Source: Labilithrix sp. (GTDB lineage Bacteria; Myxococcota_A; Polyangia; Polyangiales; Polyangiaceae). Taken from it: DNA of 64,000 nucleotides. Position numbers and translations under genes: made by a program. The stretch lies in assembly GCA_046351255.1 (NCBI GenBank), contig JAXLYU010000014.1, positions 123,730-187,729 on the forward strand, read 5' to 3'. The notes beneath the pieces are model-generated. The model was not told the DNA's origin. It worked only from the letters and a program-made list of their open reading frames with translations, and did no database searches. Positions 36,669 to 44,898 of the stretch are shown in pieces (the first letter of the stretch is position 1; each line of letters begins with the position of its first letter).

Positions 36669-38853
36669 CGGCTTGGCCCTCGTCCTCGCCGCGCTCACCA
36701 CGGCGCCGAGCGCGTTCGCGGGCGATGACGTCACGGAGCTCGAGGCGCTCCTCAGCGAGAACGTCGTCTCCGGAGCATCGAAGGAAGCGGAGACGTCATC
36801 CGACGCGCCTGCGATGACGACGACGCTCACCGCAGCCGACATCCGGCGGTACGGGCTCCGCAGCATCGACGAGGCGATCGATTTTCTCGGCATGGGAATG
36901 GTGACGCAGAACCCGCTCCACTCCGTCGAGATGGGCGGACGCGGCGTGCTGATCACGGCCGACTTCGGAAATCACGTGCTGCTCGTGGTCGACGGTCACG
37001 TGATGAACGAGCCGTGGAACATGACCGCTTACTTCGAGCAAGGCGCGGGCATCCCCATGGAGCTCATCGACCACATCGAGCTGATCCTCGGCCCGGGCTC
37101 GGTGCTCTACGGCGGGAGCGCCATGCTCGGCGTGGTGAACGTGGTCACGAAGCGCGCCTCCTCCTTCAAGGGCGCGCACGTGGTGCTCGAGGGCTCGGTC
37201 TCGCCGCAGCAGGGCGGTGGCGGACGCTTCTCGAGCTTCGCGCCGGGCGATCTCGGCGGCGCCGGTCGCGTCGGCGTCGGCGGCGGACACACGACCAGCT
37301 TCCTCGGCAAGCCGCTCGAGTGGATCGGTCAGGTCGAGATCTACGGTCAGAACGGCCCCTCGTTCGAGTGGAGCCCGCAGGTCGTGACCAACGAGGACGG
37401 CACGCCGAAGAACTTCGGGTCGCGGGCCGCTCCGGGCGTGTGGGGCGGTCGCACCACACGCAGCTACGACACGACCGTGCCCGCGCTCTACACGCGTCTC
37501 GACTGGAACGGCTTCGCGCTCATGTTCCGGACCGCGAGCTATGCGCGCGCGACGCCGTACACGAACAACTTCAACCAGCTGCGTGGCGACTTCGACGATC
37601 CGCGCAGCGGCGAGCGGGACAGCTGGCTGTCGGTCGACCTCCAGCACCGCGCCCGCTTCGGTCGCTGGTCCACGCTCGCGCACGGCTACTTCGACAACTA
37701 CCGCTACGGCCAGTCGATGTACGAGGCCGACGGGAGCCAGTGCATCTTCCCGGTGGCTGGCACGTGCTTGACGAAGGTCCGCGGGCGCTCGAGCTGGGGC
37801 GGAGCGGAGGCGCAGGCCACCTACGACTGGCTCGGCGACAGCACGCTGACGACGATGCTCGGCGTCGATGGGCGCGTGCGCTACATCTCCAACTCGACGA
37901 CCGCGATCGCGCTCGACACCGGGCAGGTCGTGGGCATCGTCGGCGACCGGAGCGCGACGGAGCTCGCGTACGCGGTGTATGGCCAGCAGCGCTGGAGCCC
38001 GTTTTCTCGGCTCCACCTGAACGCCGGCGCGCGCTTCGACCACGATCCACGCGGCGGTGATCGGCTCTCCCCACGCGCCGCGGTCTCCTTCACGCCGTGG
38101 ACCGGCGGCACCCTCAAGGCGATCTACTCCGAGGCGTTCCGGGCGCCGTCGTTCTACGAGAAGTACTACGCGGACGGCATCGTCCGTCCCGCGACCTCGC
38201 TCGGACCCGAGGTCGTGCGCAGCGCGGAGGCCAACTTCGAGCAGCGCCTCGGTCGCCACCGGCTCGTCATGGGCGTCTTCCGGAGCTGGTGGTCGGGCAT
38301 GATCGCGCTCCGCACCGTCGACGACAGCACGCTCGAGTACGCCAACCTCTCGCGGATCGACAACTGGGGCTACAACGCCCGCGTCGACGGGACGATGGGC
38401 GCGTTCTCGTACGGGCTCTCGATGACGGGGGCGCACACACGCCGTGACGACGGCGACGGCGATGGCGAGCATCCGCTCCCGGTGGCGCCGCAGGTGTTCG
38501 GCAATGCGCGCGCCGCCTACGACCTTCCCGGGGCGTTGCCAACCGTCGCGATCGCCACCACCTTCGTCGGCTCGCGTCCGGCCGATCGTGCGTTCGACGG
38601 CGGCTTCCCCACGACGCCCTACGCGCCGGCGCAGGCGCGCGTCCGTCTCACGCTCTCGGACGCGGTCCCGGCCGTCCCCGGCCTCTCCTGGCGCCTCGCG
38701 GGCGAGATCGTGACGAAGGGCGAGAGCGCCTACGTCGCGGGTCCCACCCAGAGCGTCGACCCCGCGACCGACAATCCTCGGGCCGCGCAGCTCGCGCCGG
38801 TGAACCGAGCGATGGTGCTCGGGACGCTTCGCTACGACTTCGGCGGGCCATGA
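36658..38853 (+). CDS. TonB-dependent-receptor-like outer-membrane beta-barrel protein
   Basis: GTG start giving signal peptide (M)RRSGLALVLAALTTAPSAFA; plug-domain motifs (LITADFGNHVLLVVDGHVMNEP...IELILGPGSVLYGGSAMLGVVNVVTK); long beta-rich barrel region with aromatic-rich C-terminus. Confidence 0.65.
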   Translation: MRRSGLALVLAALTTAPSAFAGDDVTELEALLSENVVSGASKEAETSSDAPAMTTTLTAADIRRYGLRSIDEAIDFLGMGMVTQNPLHSVEMGGRGVLITADFGNHVLLVVDGHVMNEPWNMTAYFEQGAGIPMELIDHIELILGPGSVLYGGSAMLGVVNVVTKRASSFKGAHVVLEGSVSPQQGGGGRFSSFAPGDLGGAGRVGVGGGHTTSFLGKPLEWIGQVEIYGQNGPSFEWSPQVVTNEDGTPKNFGSRAAPGVWGGRTTRSYDTTVPALYTRLDWNGFALMFRTASYARATPYTNNFNQLRGDFDDPRSGERDSWLSVDLQHRARFGRWSTLAHGYFDNYRYGQSMYEADGSQCIFPVAGTCLTKVRGRSSWGGAEAQATYDWLGDSTLTTMLGVDGRVRYISNSTTAIALDTGQVVGIVGDRSATELAYAVYGQQRWSPFSRLHLNAGARFDHDPRGGDRLSPRAAVSFTPWTGGTLKAIYSEAFRAPSFYEKYYADGIVRPATSLGPEVVRSAEANFEQRLGRHRLVMGVFRSWWSGMIALRTVDDSTLEYANLSRIDNWGYNARVDGTMGAFSYGLSMTGAHTRRDDGDGDGEHPLPVAPQVFGNARAAYDLPGALPTVAIATTFVGSRPADRAFDGGFPTTPYAPAQARVRLTLSDAVPAVPGLSWRLAGEIVTKGESAYVAGPTQSVDPATDNPRAAQLAPVNRAMVLGTLRYDFGGP

Positions 38854-39434
38854 AGCTCACGCGCGCCGAGATCCTGCAGGCGTCGCTGGCGCTGGCGCTG
38901 GGCGGTCTGGTCGGCTGGCCTCGCCGTGGCTTCGCCGCCTCCGCGCCCACCGCCCTCCAGGCGCAGCTCATCGGACGGCTCGCCGCGTTCGATCGGAGCT
39001 TCGCTGCGCGCGCCGGCGCGGTGGCGAAGGTGTCGTGTCATCACAAGACGAAGGACGCAGAGTCTGCGTCCGTCACGAGCGCGGTCGCGAAGGCCACCGC
39101 CAGCCTCGGCGACATCGGCGGCCTGCGCCCGGAGGTCACGGTGTCGGAGCTCGGGGACGCGGCGAAGCTCGCCGCGCGGTGCCCGGCGGAGAGGATCGCG
39201 ATCCTCTACTTCGGCCCCGGGACCGAGACCGACATGGGCGCCATGGCGCAGGCCCTCTCGGGGGTCGACGTGCTCAGCATCGGCGGCTCGGGAGCTCATG
39301 CGGAGCGCGGCGCCGTCGTCGGCTTCGACGTCGAGGAAGGACGCCCGCGCATCGTCGTGAACCTCCGATCGGCGCGGGCACAGAAGGTATCGCTGCGCGC
39401 CGAGCTCCTCAAGCTTGCTCGTGTGATCGAATGA
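38850..39434 (+). CDS. YfiR-like (DUF4154) periplasmic protein
   Basis: Signal peptide; C-terminal VLSIGGSGAHAERGAVVGFDVEEGRPRIVVNLRSARAQKVSLRAELLKLARVI matches the YfiR/DUF4154 pattern (vLtIGesd...GgiI.F......vrFeiNl.aa...gl.iss.LL.lA); ATGA overlap with the upstream stop. Confidence 0.55.
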   Translation: MKLTRAEILQASLALALGGLVGWPRRGFAASAPTALQAQLIGRLAAFDRSFAARAGAVAKVSCHHKTKDAESASVTSAVAKATASLGDIGGLRPEVTVSELGDAAKLAARCPAERIAILYFGPGTETDMGAMAQALSGVDVLSIGGSGAHAERGAVVGFDVEEGRPRIVVNLRSARAQKVSLRAELLKLARVIE

Positions 39435-39483
39435 CTTAACGGCGGCGCCTCTGCCGCCGTTCCACTCCAGAGGACGAGGACGA

Positions 39484-40011
39484 ATGGACAGCATGGAACG
39501 CGAAGTAGTCGTGTCGACGCTCGAGAGCTCGGTCGTCGAGTTCTTTCGAGCGTATGGCATCACGTGCGACAAGACCGAGTCGTGCGCCGCTGCGCCGGGA
39601 GCCGAGATGGGATCCATCGTCGGCTTCCGGGGGAAGGGGCTCCGTGGGGGTCTCGCGTTCGTCGCCCCGACCGAGCTCGTGGCCCGGCTCCTGCCGGTGC
39701 CGAAGCGGCCCGCGCGCGGCGAGCTGCAGCTCCGTGACTGGAGCGCGGAGATCGCGAATCAGCTCGTGGGCCGACTGAAGAACAAGCTCTCGGCTCACTC
39801 GATCGACTTCGAGATCGGCACGCCGGTCTGCTTTCGCGGCTCGAGCATCCGCCTGTCCTTCTTGCCCGAAGCCGACGGCGTGACCCTCGACTTCAACGCC
39901 GGCAGCGATCCCGTGCGCGTCTATCTCGACTGCGCCCTCGCCGCCGATGGCTCCGCAACCTCCGCCCCTGCGCCACGCATCGTCACCGAGGGCGAAGTCG
40001 TCCTCTTCTGA
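39484..40011 (+). CDS. CheX-like chemotaxis phosphatase-fold protein
   Basis: About 175 aa; EMGSIVGFRGKGLRGGLAFVAPTELVARLL resembles the CheX/CheC-fold core; strong GAGGACGAGGA RBS; placed between sensor genes and cheY. Confidence 0.45.
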   Translation: MDSMEREVVVSTLESSVVEFFRAYGITCDKTESCAAAPGAEMGSIVGFRGKGLRGGLAFVAPTELVARLLPVPKRPARGELQLRDWSAEIANQLVGRLKNKLSAHSIDFEIGTPVCFRGSSIRLSFLPEADGVTLDFNAGSDPVRVYLDCALAADGSATSAPAPRIVTEGEVVLF

Positions 40012-40027
40012 GAACCGCGAGTGAACC

Positions 40028-40405
40028 ATGTCCAAGACCATCATCGTAATCGACGACTCCGAGACCATCCGTGACCAGGTGAAGCTGGTCCTCGACGAGG
40101 CTGGCTATCAGGTCATCGAAGCGGAGGACGGCGCGGAAGGCGCGGCGGTCATCCGAGCCAATCCGGGCGCGGCGCTCGCGATCTGTGACGTGAACATGCC
40201 CCGCATGAGCGGGATCGACATGCTCGAGCACCTGAAGTCGCTCGGGCTGCCGAACATCCCGCCCGTCCTCATGCTCACGACCGAGGGCCGGCCCGATCTC
40301 ATCGATCGCGCGCGCTCGGCGGGGGCCAAGGGGTGGATCGTGAAGCCCTTCAAGCCCAACATGCTGCTCGCGACGGTGAAGAAGATCGCGAGCGTAGCGG
40401 CATGA
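40028..40405 (+). CDS. cheY: Single-domain response regulator (CheY-like)
   Basis: IIVIDDSETIR (DD pair), ICDVNMPRMSGID (phospho-Asp), LMLTTEG (Thr), IVKPF (Lys); 125 aa. Confidence 0.85.
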   Translation: MSKTIIVIDDSETIRDQVKLVLDEAGYQVIEAEDGAEGAAVIRANPGAALAICDVNMPRMSGIDMLEHLKSLGLPNIPPVLMLTTEGRPDLIDRARSAGAKGWIVKPFKPNMLLATVKKIASVAA

Positions 40406-42300
40406 ACGCCAGCGCCACCCCGGTGTCCCGGCGGTTTGGTGCGCCGCCACGCCGGGAGTCGATCGCCTTCGAGGCCGTCGTCGCGGCCCCGCGCGTCTTG
40501 CTCGTCGATGACGACGACGCGGCGCGCACGGAGGCGGCCGCCGCTCTCCGGAGCATCGGCTGCACCGTGTTCGAGGCCAGCAACGGTCTCGACGGGCTCA
40601 AGACCTTCGAGACCGTGCGCCCCCACATCGCGTTCCTCGAGGTCATGACGCCGTTCGTCGACGGCTTCTCCACCTGCCGCGCGATGCGTGACCTCCAGGG
40701 TGGAGGTGACGTCGCGATCGTGATGATGACCGACGAGGACGACGTCGAGTCGCTCCGCTTCGGCTACGAGGCCGGCGCGACCGACTTCATCATCAAGCCG
40801 ATCAACGCGATGGTGCTCCAGCACCGCGTCCGCTTCATGAACCGCGCCATCGCGTCCGCGCAGCAGAACCGCGCGCACGAGCGCAAGATCGCGCACCTCG
40901 CGTATCACGACGCGCTCACCGGGCTCCCCAATCGACGCACGCTCTCCGAGTACATGGAGAAGCTCGTCGCGGAGACGCCGCGCAAGGGCGCCGTCTTCGT
41001 GCTCGACCTCGACGGCTTCAAGCGCGTGAACGACACGCTCGGCCACTCCGCAGGCGACGAGCTCATCTGCGAGGTCGGGCGTCGCATGCTCGCCGCGTTC
41101 GCCATCGAGCCGACGAACTGGAGGCGCGGCTCCCGGCCGGACCGCCAGCTCCTCGTGCGCCTTGGCGGTGACGAGTTCGTCTTCGTCGATCCCAACGTCG
41201 ACAGCGCGATCGAGGCGTCGATGCTCGCGGAGCGCTTGCTCTCCGCGGTCGGGACGGTCTTCGAGCTCCACGGGCACGAGGTGCTCGTCACGGCGAGCAT
41301 CGGGATCGCGCTCGTCGGCGAGGTCGAGGGCGGCGTGGACGAGCTCCTGCAGAGCGCCGACACCGCGATGTACGACGCGAAGGCGCACGACCGCAACAAC
41401 GCGCGCTTCTACTCGCGGAAGCTCTTCGAGCAGGCGCGGAAGAAGGTCGACACGGAGAGCGCCCTTCGCCAGGCGATCGCGGGCAACCAGCTCGTCCTCT
41501 ACTACCAGCCGAAGGTCGCGCTCGCGACCGACGAGGTGGTCGGCGTGGAGGCGCTCCTTCGCTGGAACCATCCGACGCGCGGCATCGTCTTCCCCGGCGA
41601 GTTCATCGGGACGGCGGAGGAGACCGGGCTCATCGTGCCCATCGGCATCTGGGCGCTCGGCGAGGTGTGTCGTCAGGCCAAGCGCTGGAGCGAGCGCGAG
41701 GATCTCCGCGGCATCCGCATCGCGGTCAACGTCTCGGCGCGCCAGTTCCGTAGCCCGACCTTCCTCGCGCAGGTCGAGCACGAGATCAGGAGCTCGGGCG
41801 TCGATCCGCGGCTCATCGAGATGGAGATCACCGAGGGCATCCTCCTCGAGGACACGAAGGGCGTTCGCGTCATCCTCGACGGCCTCAAGGCGCTCGGGCT
41901 GCACATCGCGCTCGACGACTTCGGCACGGGCTACTCCGCGCTCGGCTACCTCCGCCAGTTCCCGTTCGACTGCCTCAAGATCGATCGCTCGTTCATCACC
42001 GACCTCCTCGTCGACGAAGGCTGCGCCGCGATCACGAGTGCGGTGGTGGCCCTCGCGAATCGGCTCCGCCTGAACGTGGTGGCCGAGGGCGTGGAAGAGG
42101 CGGGACAGGCGGAGCAGCTCCGGCAGCTCGGCTGCGACGAGGCTCAGGGCTATCTCTACAGCCCGGCGCTTCCGGCCGATCAGCTCGCGGCTTGGGCCTC
42201 GGGCCGCGTACGCAAGCTCGACGCGGGCGAAGGCCTCCGTCGCGTGTTCTTCCCCCGCGGAAGCGCGGTCCCCTCTCTGCGCGTTCACTCGCTGCTCTGA
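40402..42300 (+). CDS. REC-GGDEF-EAL protein (diguanylate cyclase/phosphodiesterase) with Glu at the receiver phospho-acceptor position
   Basis: Receiver: LLVDDDD, FLEVMTPFVDG (Glu where phospho-Asp is expected), MMTDE, IIKP; GGDEF: RLGGDEFVFV; EAL: EALLRW, DDFGTGYS, EGVE; ATGA overlap with cheY stop. Confidence 0.85.
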   Translation: MNASATPVSRRFGAPPRRESIAFEAVVAAPRVLLVDDDDAARTEAAAALRSIGCTVFEASNGLDGLKTFETVRPHIAFLEVMTPFVDGFSTCRAMRDLQGGGDVAIVMMTDEDDVESLRFGYEAGATDFIIKPINAMVLQHRVRFMNRAIASAQQNRAHERKIAHLAYHDALTGLPNRRTLSEYMEKLVAETPRKGAVFVLDLDGFKRVNDTLGHSAGDELICEVGRRMLAAFAIEPTNWRRGSRPDRQLLVRLGGDEFVFVDPNVDSAIEASMLAERLLSAVGTVFELHGHEVLVTASIGIALVGEVEGGVDELLQSADTAMYDAKAHDRNNARFYSRKLFEQARKKVDTESALRQAIAGNQLVLYYQPKVALATDEVVGVEALLRWNHPTRGIVFPGEFIGTAEETGLIVPIGIWALGEVCRQAKRWSEREDLRGIRIAVNVSARQFRSPTFLAQVEHEIRSSGVDPRLIEMEITEGILLEDTKGVRVILDGLKALGLHIALDDFGTGYSALGYLRQFPFDCLKIDRSFITDLLVDEGCAAITSAVVALANRLRLNVVAEGVEEAGQAEQLRQLGCDEAQGYLYSPALPADQLAAWASGRVRKLDAGEGLRRVFFPRGSAVPSLRVHSLL

Positions 42301-42341
42301 GCGACCGGCGGGCAGGGCCCGGACCTTGCTAAGGGCCGGGT

Positions 42342-43175
42342 ATGGGGCTCCTCTCGCTCGAAGCGATCGTCGCGGACGTGATGACGCACGACGTCTTCAC
42401 GCTCTCGCCGTCCCACAGCCTTCCGCTCGCGGACACGATGATGACGCTCCGCCACATCCGGCACATCCCGGTGGTGGATGACGCGCATCGGCTCGTCGGC
42501 CTCGTCACCCACCGCGATCTGATGAAGGCCCAGCTGAGCGCCCTCTCCCCGCTCTCGAAGGACGAGCGGAGCACCCTGGAGCTGGCGATCCCGATCTCGA
42601 AGATCATGCAGAAGGAGGTGTGGACGATCGCACCGTCTGCGCGAGCTGCGCAGGCGGCGCAACTTCTGCGTGACCATCGGTTCGGATGCCTGCCCGTGAC
42701 GGAGCACGGACGGCTCGTCGGGATCGTCTCGGAGTCCGACCTCCTCCAGCTGCTCGCGCAGCCGGGGCCCTCGGTGCCGGCGCCGCAGCACTGGCCGATC
42801 AAGCAGTTCATGACCGGCGCGCCCGTGACGATCACGCTCGACACGTCCCTCGCGGAGGCGCGGCTCGCGTTCGAGCAGCACCACATCCATCATCTGCCCG
42901 TCCTCTCGGAGGGGCGCGCCATCGGCATCGTCCACGAGCGCGATATCCGCGTCGCGGAGGCGATCTTCGGCGCGAGCCAGAACACGCGCGCGGTGCACGT
43001 CGCGCAGCTCCTCGGGGACATTCACTCCGACCACGCTCGGCCGGACGAGGCGCTCGCCGTCGTCCTCGAGCGGATGATTCGCGACCGCGTCGACGCGGTG
43101 GTGGTGGTGGAGAACGACGTGCTCTGCGGGATCTTCACTCTGGTCGACGCGTGCCGCGTGCTCACCGTGCGCTGA
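42342..43175 (+). CDS. CBS-domain tandem (two CBS pairs) protein
   Basis: Four CBS-like units (VMTHDVFTLSPSHSL...HIPVVDD, VWTIAPSA...CLPVTEHGRLVGIVSESDL, FMTGAPVTI...HLPVLSEGRAIGIVHERDI, ...VVVVENDVLCGIFTLVD). Confidence 0.8.
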   Translation: MGLLSLEAIVADVMTHDVFTLSPSHSLPLADTMMTLRHIRHIPVVDDAHRLVGLVTHRDLMKAQLSALSPLSKDERSTLELAIPISKIMQKEVWTIAPSARAAQAAQLLRDHRFGCLPVTEHGRLVGIVSESDLLQLLAQPGPSVPAPQHWPIKQFMTGAPVTITLDTSLAEARLAFEQHHIHHLPVLSEGRAIGIVHERDIRVAEAIFGASQNTRAVHVAQLLGDIHSDHARPDEALAVVLERMIRDRVDAVVVVENDVLCGIFTLVDACRVLTVR

Positions 43176-43188
43176 TGTTCCACGCCGC

Positions 43189-43262
43189 GAGACAGGTGTT
43201 CCACGCGACGGAACACCTCTCGCGCGCCGGCCTGCATTTCCCGGGGAAATGAGGGGTTTTGG
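43189..43262 (+). terminator. Probable tandem-hairpin intrinsic terminator ending the 34.5-43.2 kb operon
   Basis: GAGACAGGTGTTCC-acgcgac-GGAACACCTCTCTC (13/14 bp stem), then CATTTCCC-g-GGGAAATG followed by GGGGTTTTGG; begins 14 nt after the CBS gene stop. Confidence 0.4.
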
Positions 43263-43332
43263 CGGTGGCGAAGCGCTTGCTCTTTCTGGCGGAGACGCGA
43301 AGGTCGCGCGTCTCTTTCGGAAGGAATCGAAG

Positions 43333-44874
43333 ATGAAGATGGGTGTCGTTGGTCTCGTGAGCAGCGTGGCGGCGGTGATGATCGCGGCGACGGTCGGCTG
43401 TGTGACGCAGAGCACGAAGGACGGAGAGAGCAGCTCGGGGGGAACGAACGACGCGGGAGGTGGCGACGGCGGCAGCGGTGTCGAGGATGGGAGCGCGACC
43501 GGTGACGGCGGCGCGACCGAGCAGGGGCCCACGCGCTACGCCTGCCCGATCGACAAGCCGCAGAAGGTGTACGGCTACGCGCTGAACGCGAAGTCGAGCA
43601 TCGACGCGCCCGAGACCTGGACGCCCGACAACGTCTATCTCGTCTTCGGGCCGCTCCACATCCAGAAGCCGCTGACGATCCAGGCCGGCACCGTCGTGTG
43701 CTTCGACTACGGCCCGCCCGGCGCGAACGGCTCCGCCGAGCCCCCGCCGGGCGAGATGCTCCTCGAGGAGGGCGGCGCCATCGACGCGCAAGGTACGCCG
43801 ACCTCGCACGTCGTCTTCACTGCGAAGTCGGACGGGAGGGGTCCCGAGCAGCTCTACTGGAAGGGCCTCACCGCGTTCTCCGGCTGGACCGGCTTCAAGC
43901 TCGTTTACTCGGACATCTACAACGGCGGTCTCTCCGCTGGTGGCGCGCCGCTCGAGGTCATGGCCGACAACGGGCTCGCGCCGCTCGTCGACTGGCAGAA
44001 CGTGAAGGTCTACTCGTCGCAGCGCGTCGGCATCAAGATGCTCGCGGAGAAGGGCTTCACCCCGGAGACGAAGCTCACCTTCGTGAACTTCGCGGACGAG
44101 TACGTCACCAAGTACGCGAGCGACGCGAACTACGAGGACTACTACGACCACGGCTATCCCGTGCTTCGTCTGAGCCACTACGGCGCCTCGTCGGTGAAGC
44201 CGGGCATGTTCGACATCGGCGATCCGGCGAAGGTCCCGCCCGCGACGCGCTACGTGCAGCTCGATCACGCCGAAGGCGCGATCGTCTCGAAGGACTACCA
44301 CCTGCACAAGCTCCCGCCGGGCCTCGCCTGGCGCAACGTGCAGAACGAGCTGCTCGACGCGACGCTCACCATCGATCCAGGCACCACGATCGCCGTCGCC
44401 AACGGCGGCACCTGGTTCATCGGCGACAAGGGCGGCTGCAGCGGCGCGGGCTCGCTCGTCGCGGTCGGCACTGCGGCGGAGCCGATCACGTTCACGAACG
44501 ACATCCCGTGGCAGGGGCCGGCGGAGAAGTCGCCGACGAAGAGCCCCGGCATCACCATCAACTCGTGCGCGTTCGCGAGCACGAAGCTCGACTACGTCGT
44601 GTTCGACGGGCTCGGCGCGCAGTCGGCGGTCTCCGTGCACTGCAAGGGCGAGAGCCCGGCGTTCGCGGGCGAGGTGAACTTCCTCTACTCGGGCGACGGC
44701 GTCGACCGCGAGGGCCCGCCGATCACGCACTCCACCTTCAAGAGCTCGGCGGGGTACGGCATCCTCCGCGTGGACGGCTCGCACATCACGACCGACTACA
44801 CGAAGGCCGAATTCGGCAACACGTTCGAAGGGTTCACGGACCCGGCGAAGCCCGCGCAGCCGACCTGCAACTGA
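43333..44874 (+). CDS. Hypothetical secreted lipoprotein (beta-helix-like)
   Basis: MKMGVVGLVSSVAAVMIAATVGCVTQ lipobox; Gly/Asp/Ser linker; 513 aa beta-rich body; AAGGAA RBS. Confidence 0.55.
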   Translation: MKMGVVGLVSSVAAVMIAATVGCVTQSTKDGESSSGGTNDAGGGDGGSGVEDGSATGDGGATEQGPTRYACPIDKPQKVYGYALNAKSSIDAPETWTPDNVYLVFGPLHIQKPLTIQAGTVVCFDYGPPGANGSAEPPPGEMLLEEGGAIDAQGTPTSHVVFTAKSDGRGPEQLYWKGLTAFSGWTGFKLVYSDIYNGGLSAGGAPLEVMADNGLAPLVDWQNVKVYSSQRVGIKMLAEKGFTPETKLTFVNFADEYVTKYASDANYEDYYDHGYPVLRLSHYGASSVKPGMFDIGDPAKVPPATRYVQLDHAEGAIVSKDYHLHKLPPGLAWRNVQNELLDATLTIDPGTTIAVANGGTWFIGDKGGCSGAGSLVAVGTAAEPITFTNDIPWQGPAEKSPTKSPGITINSCAFASTKLDYVVFDGLGAQSAVSVHCKGESPAFAGEVNFLYSGDGVDREGPPITHSTFKSSAGYGILRVDGSHITTDYTKAEFGNTFEGFTDPAKPAQPTCN

Positions 44875-44898
44875 CGCTCCGCGACGTGATGTCGCGCA

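Noticed and set aside
40108-42288. 726 aa ORF antisense to the REC-GGDEF-EAL gene
   Set aside because: The sense frame carries complete REC, GGDEF and EAL motifs. The antisense frame is Arg/Glu-rich without motifs.
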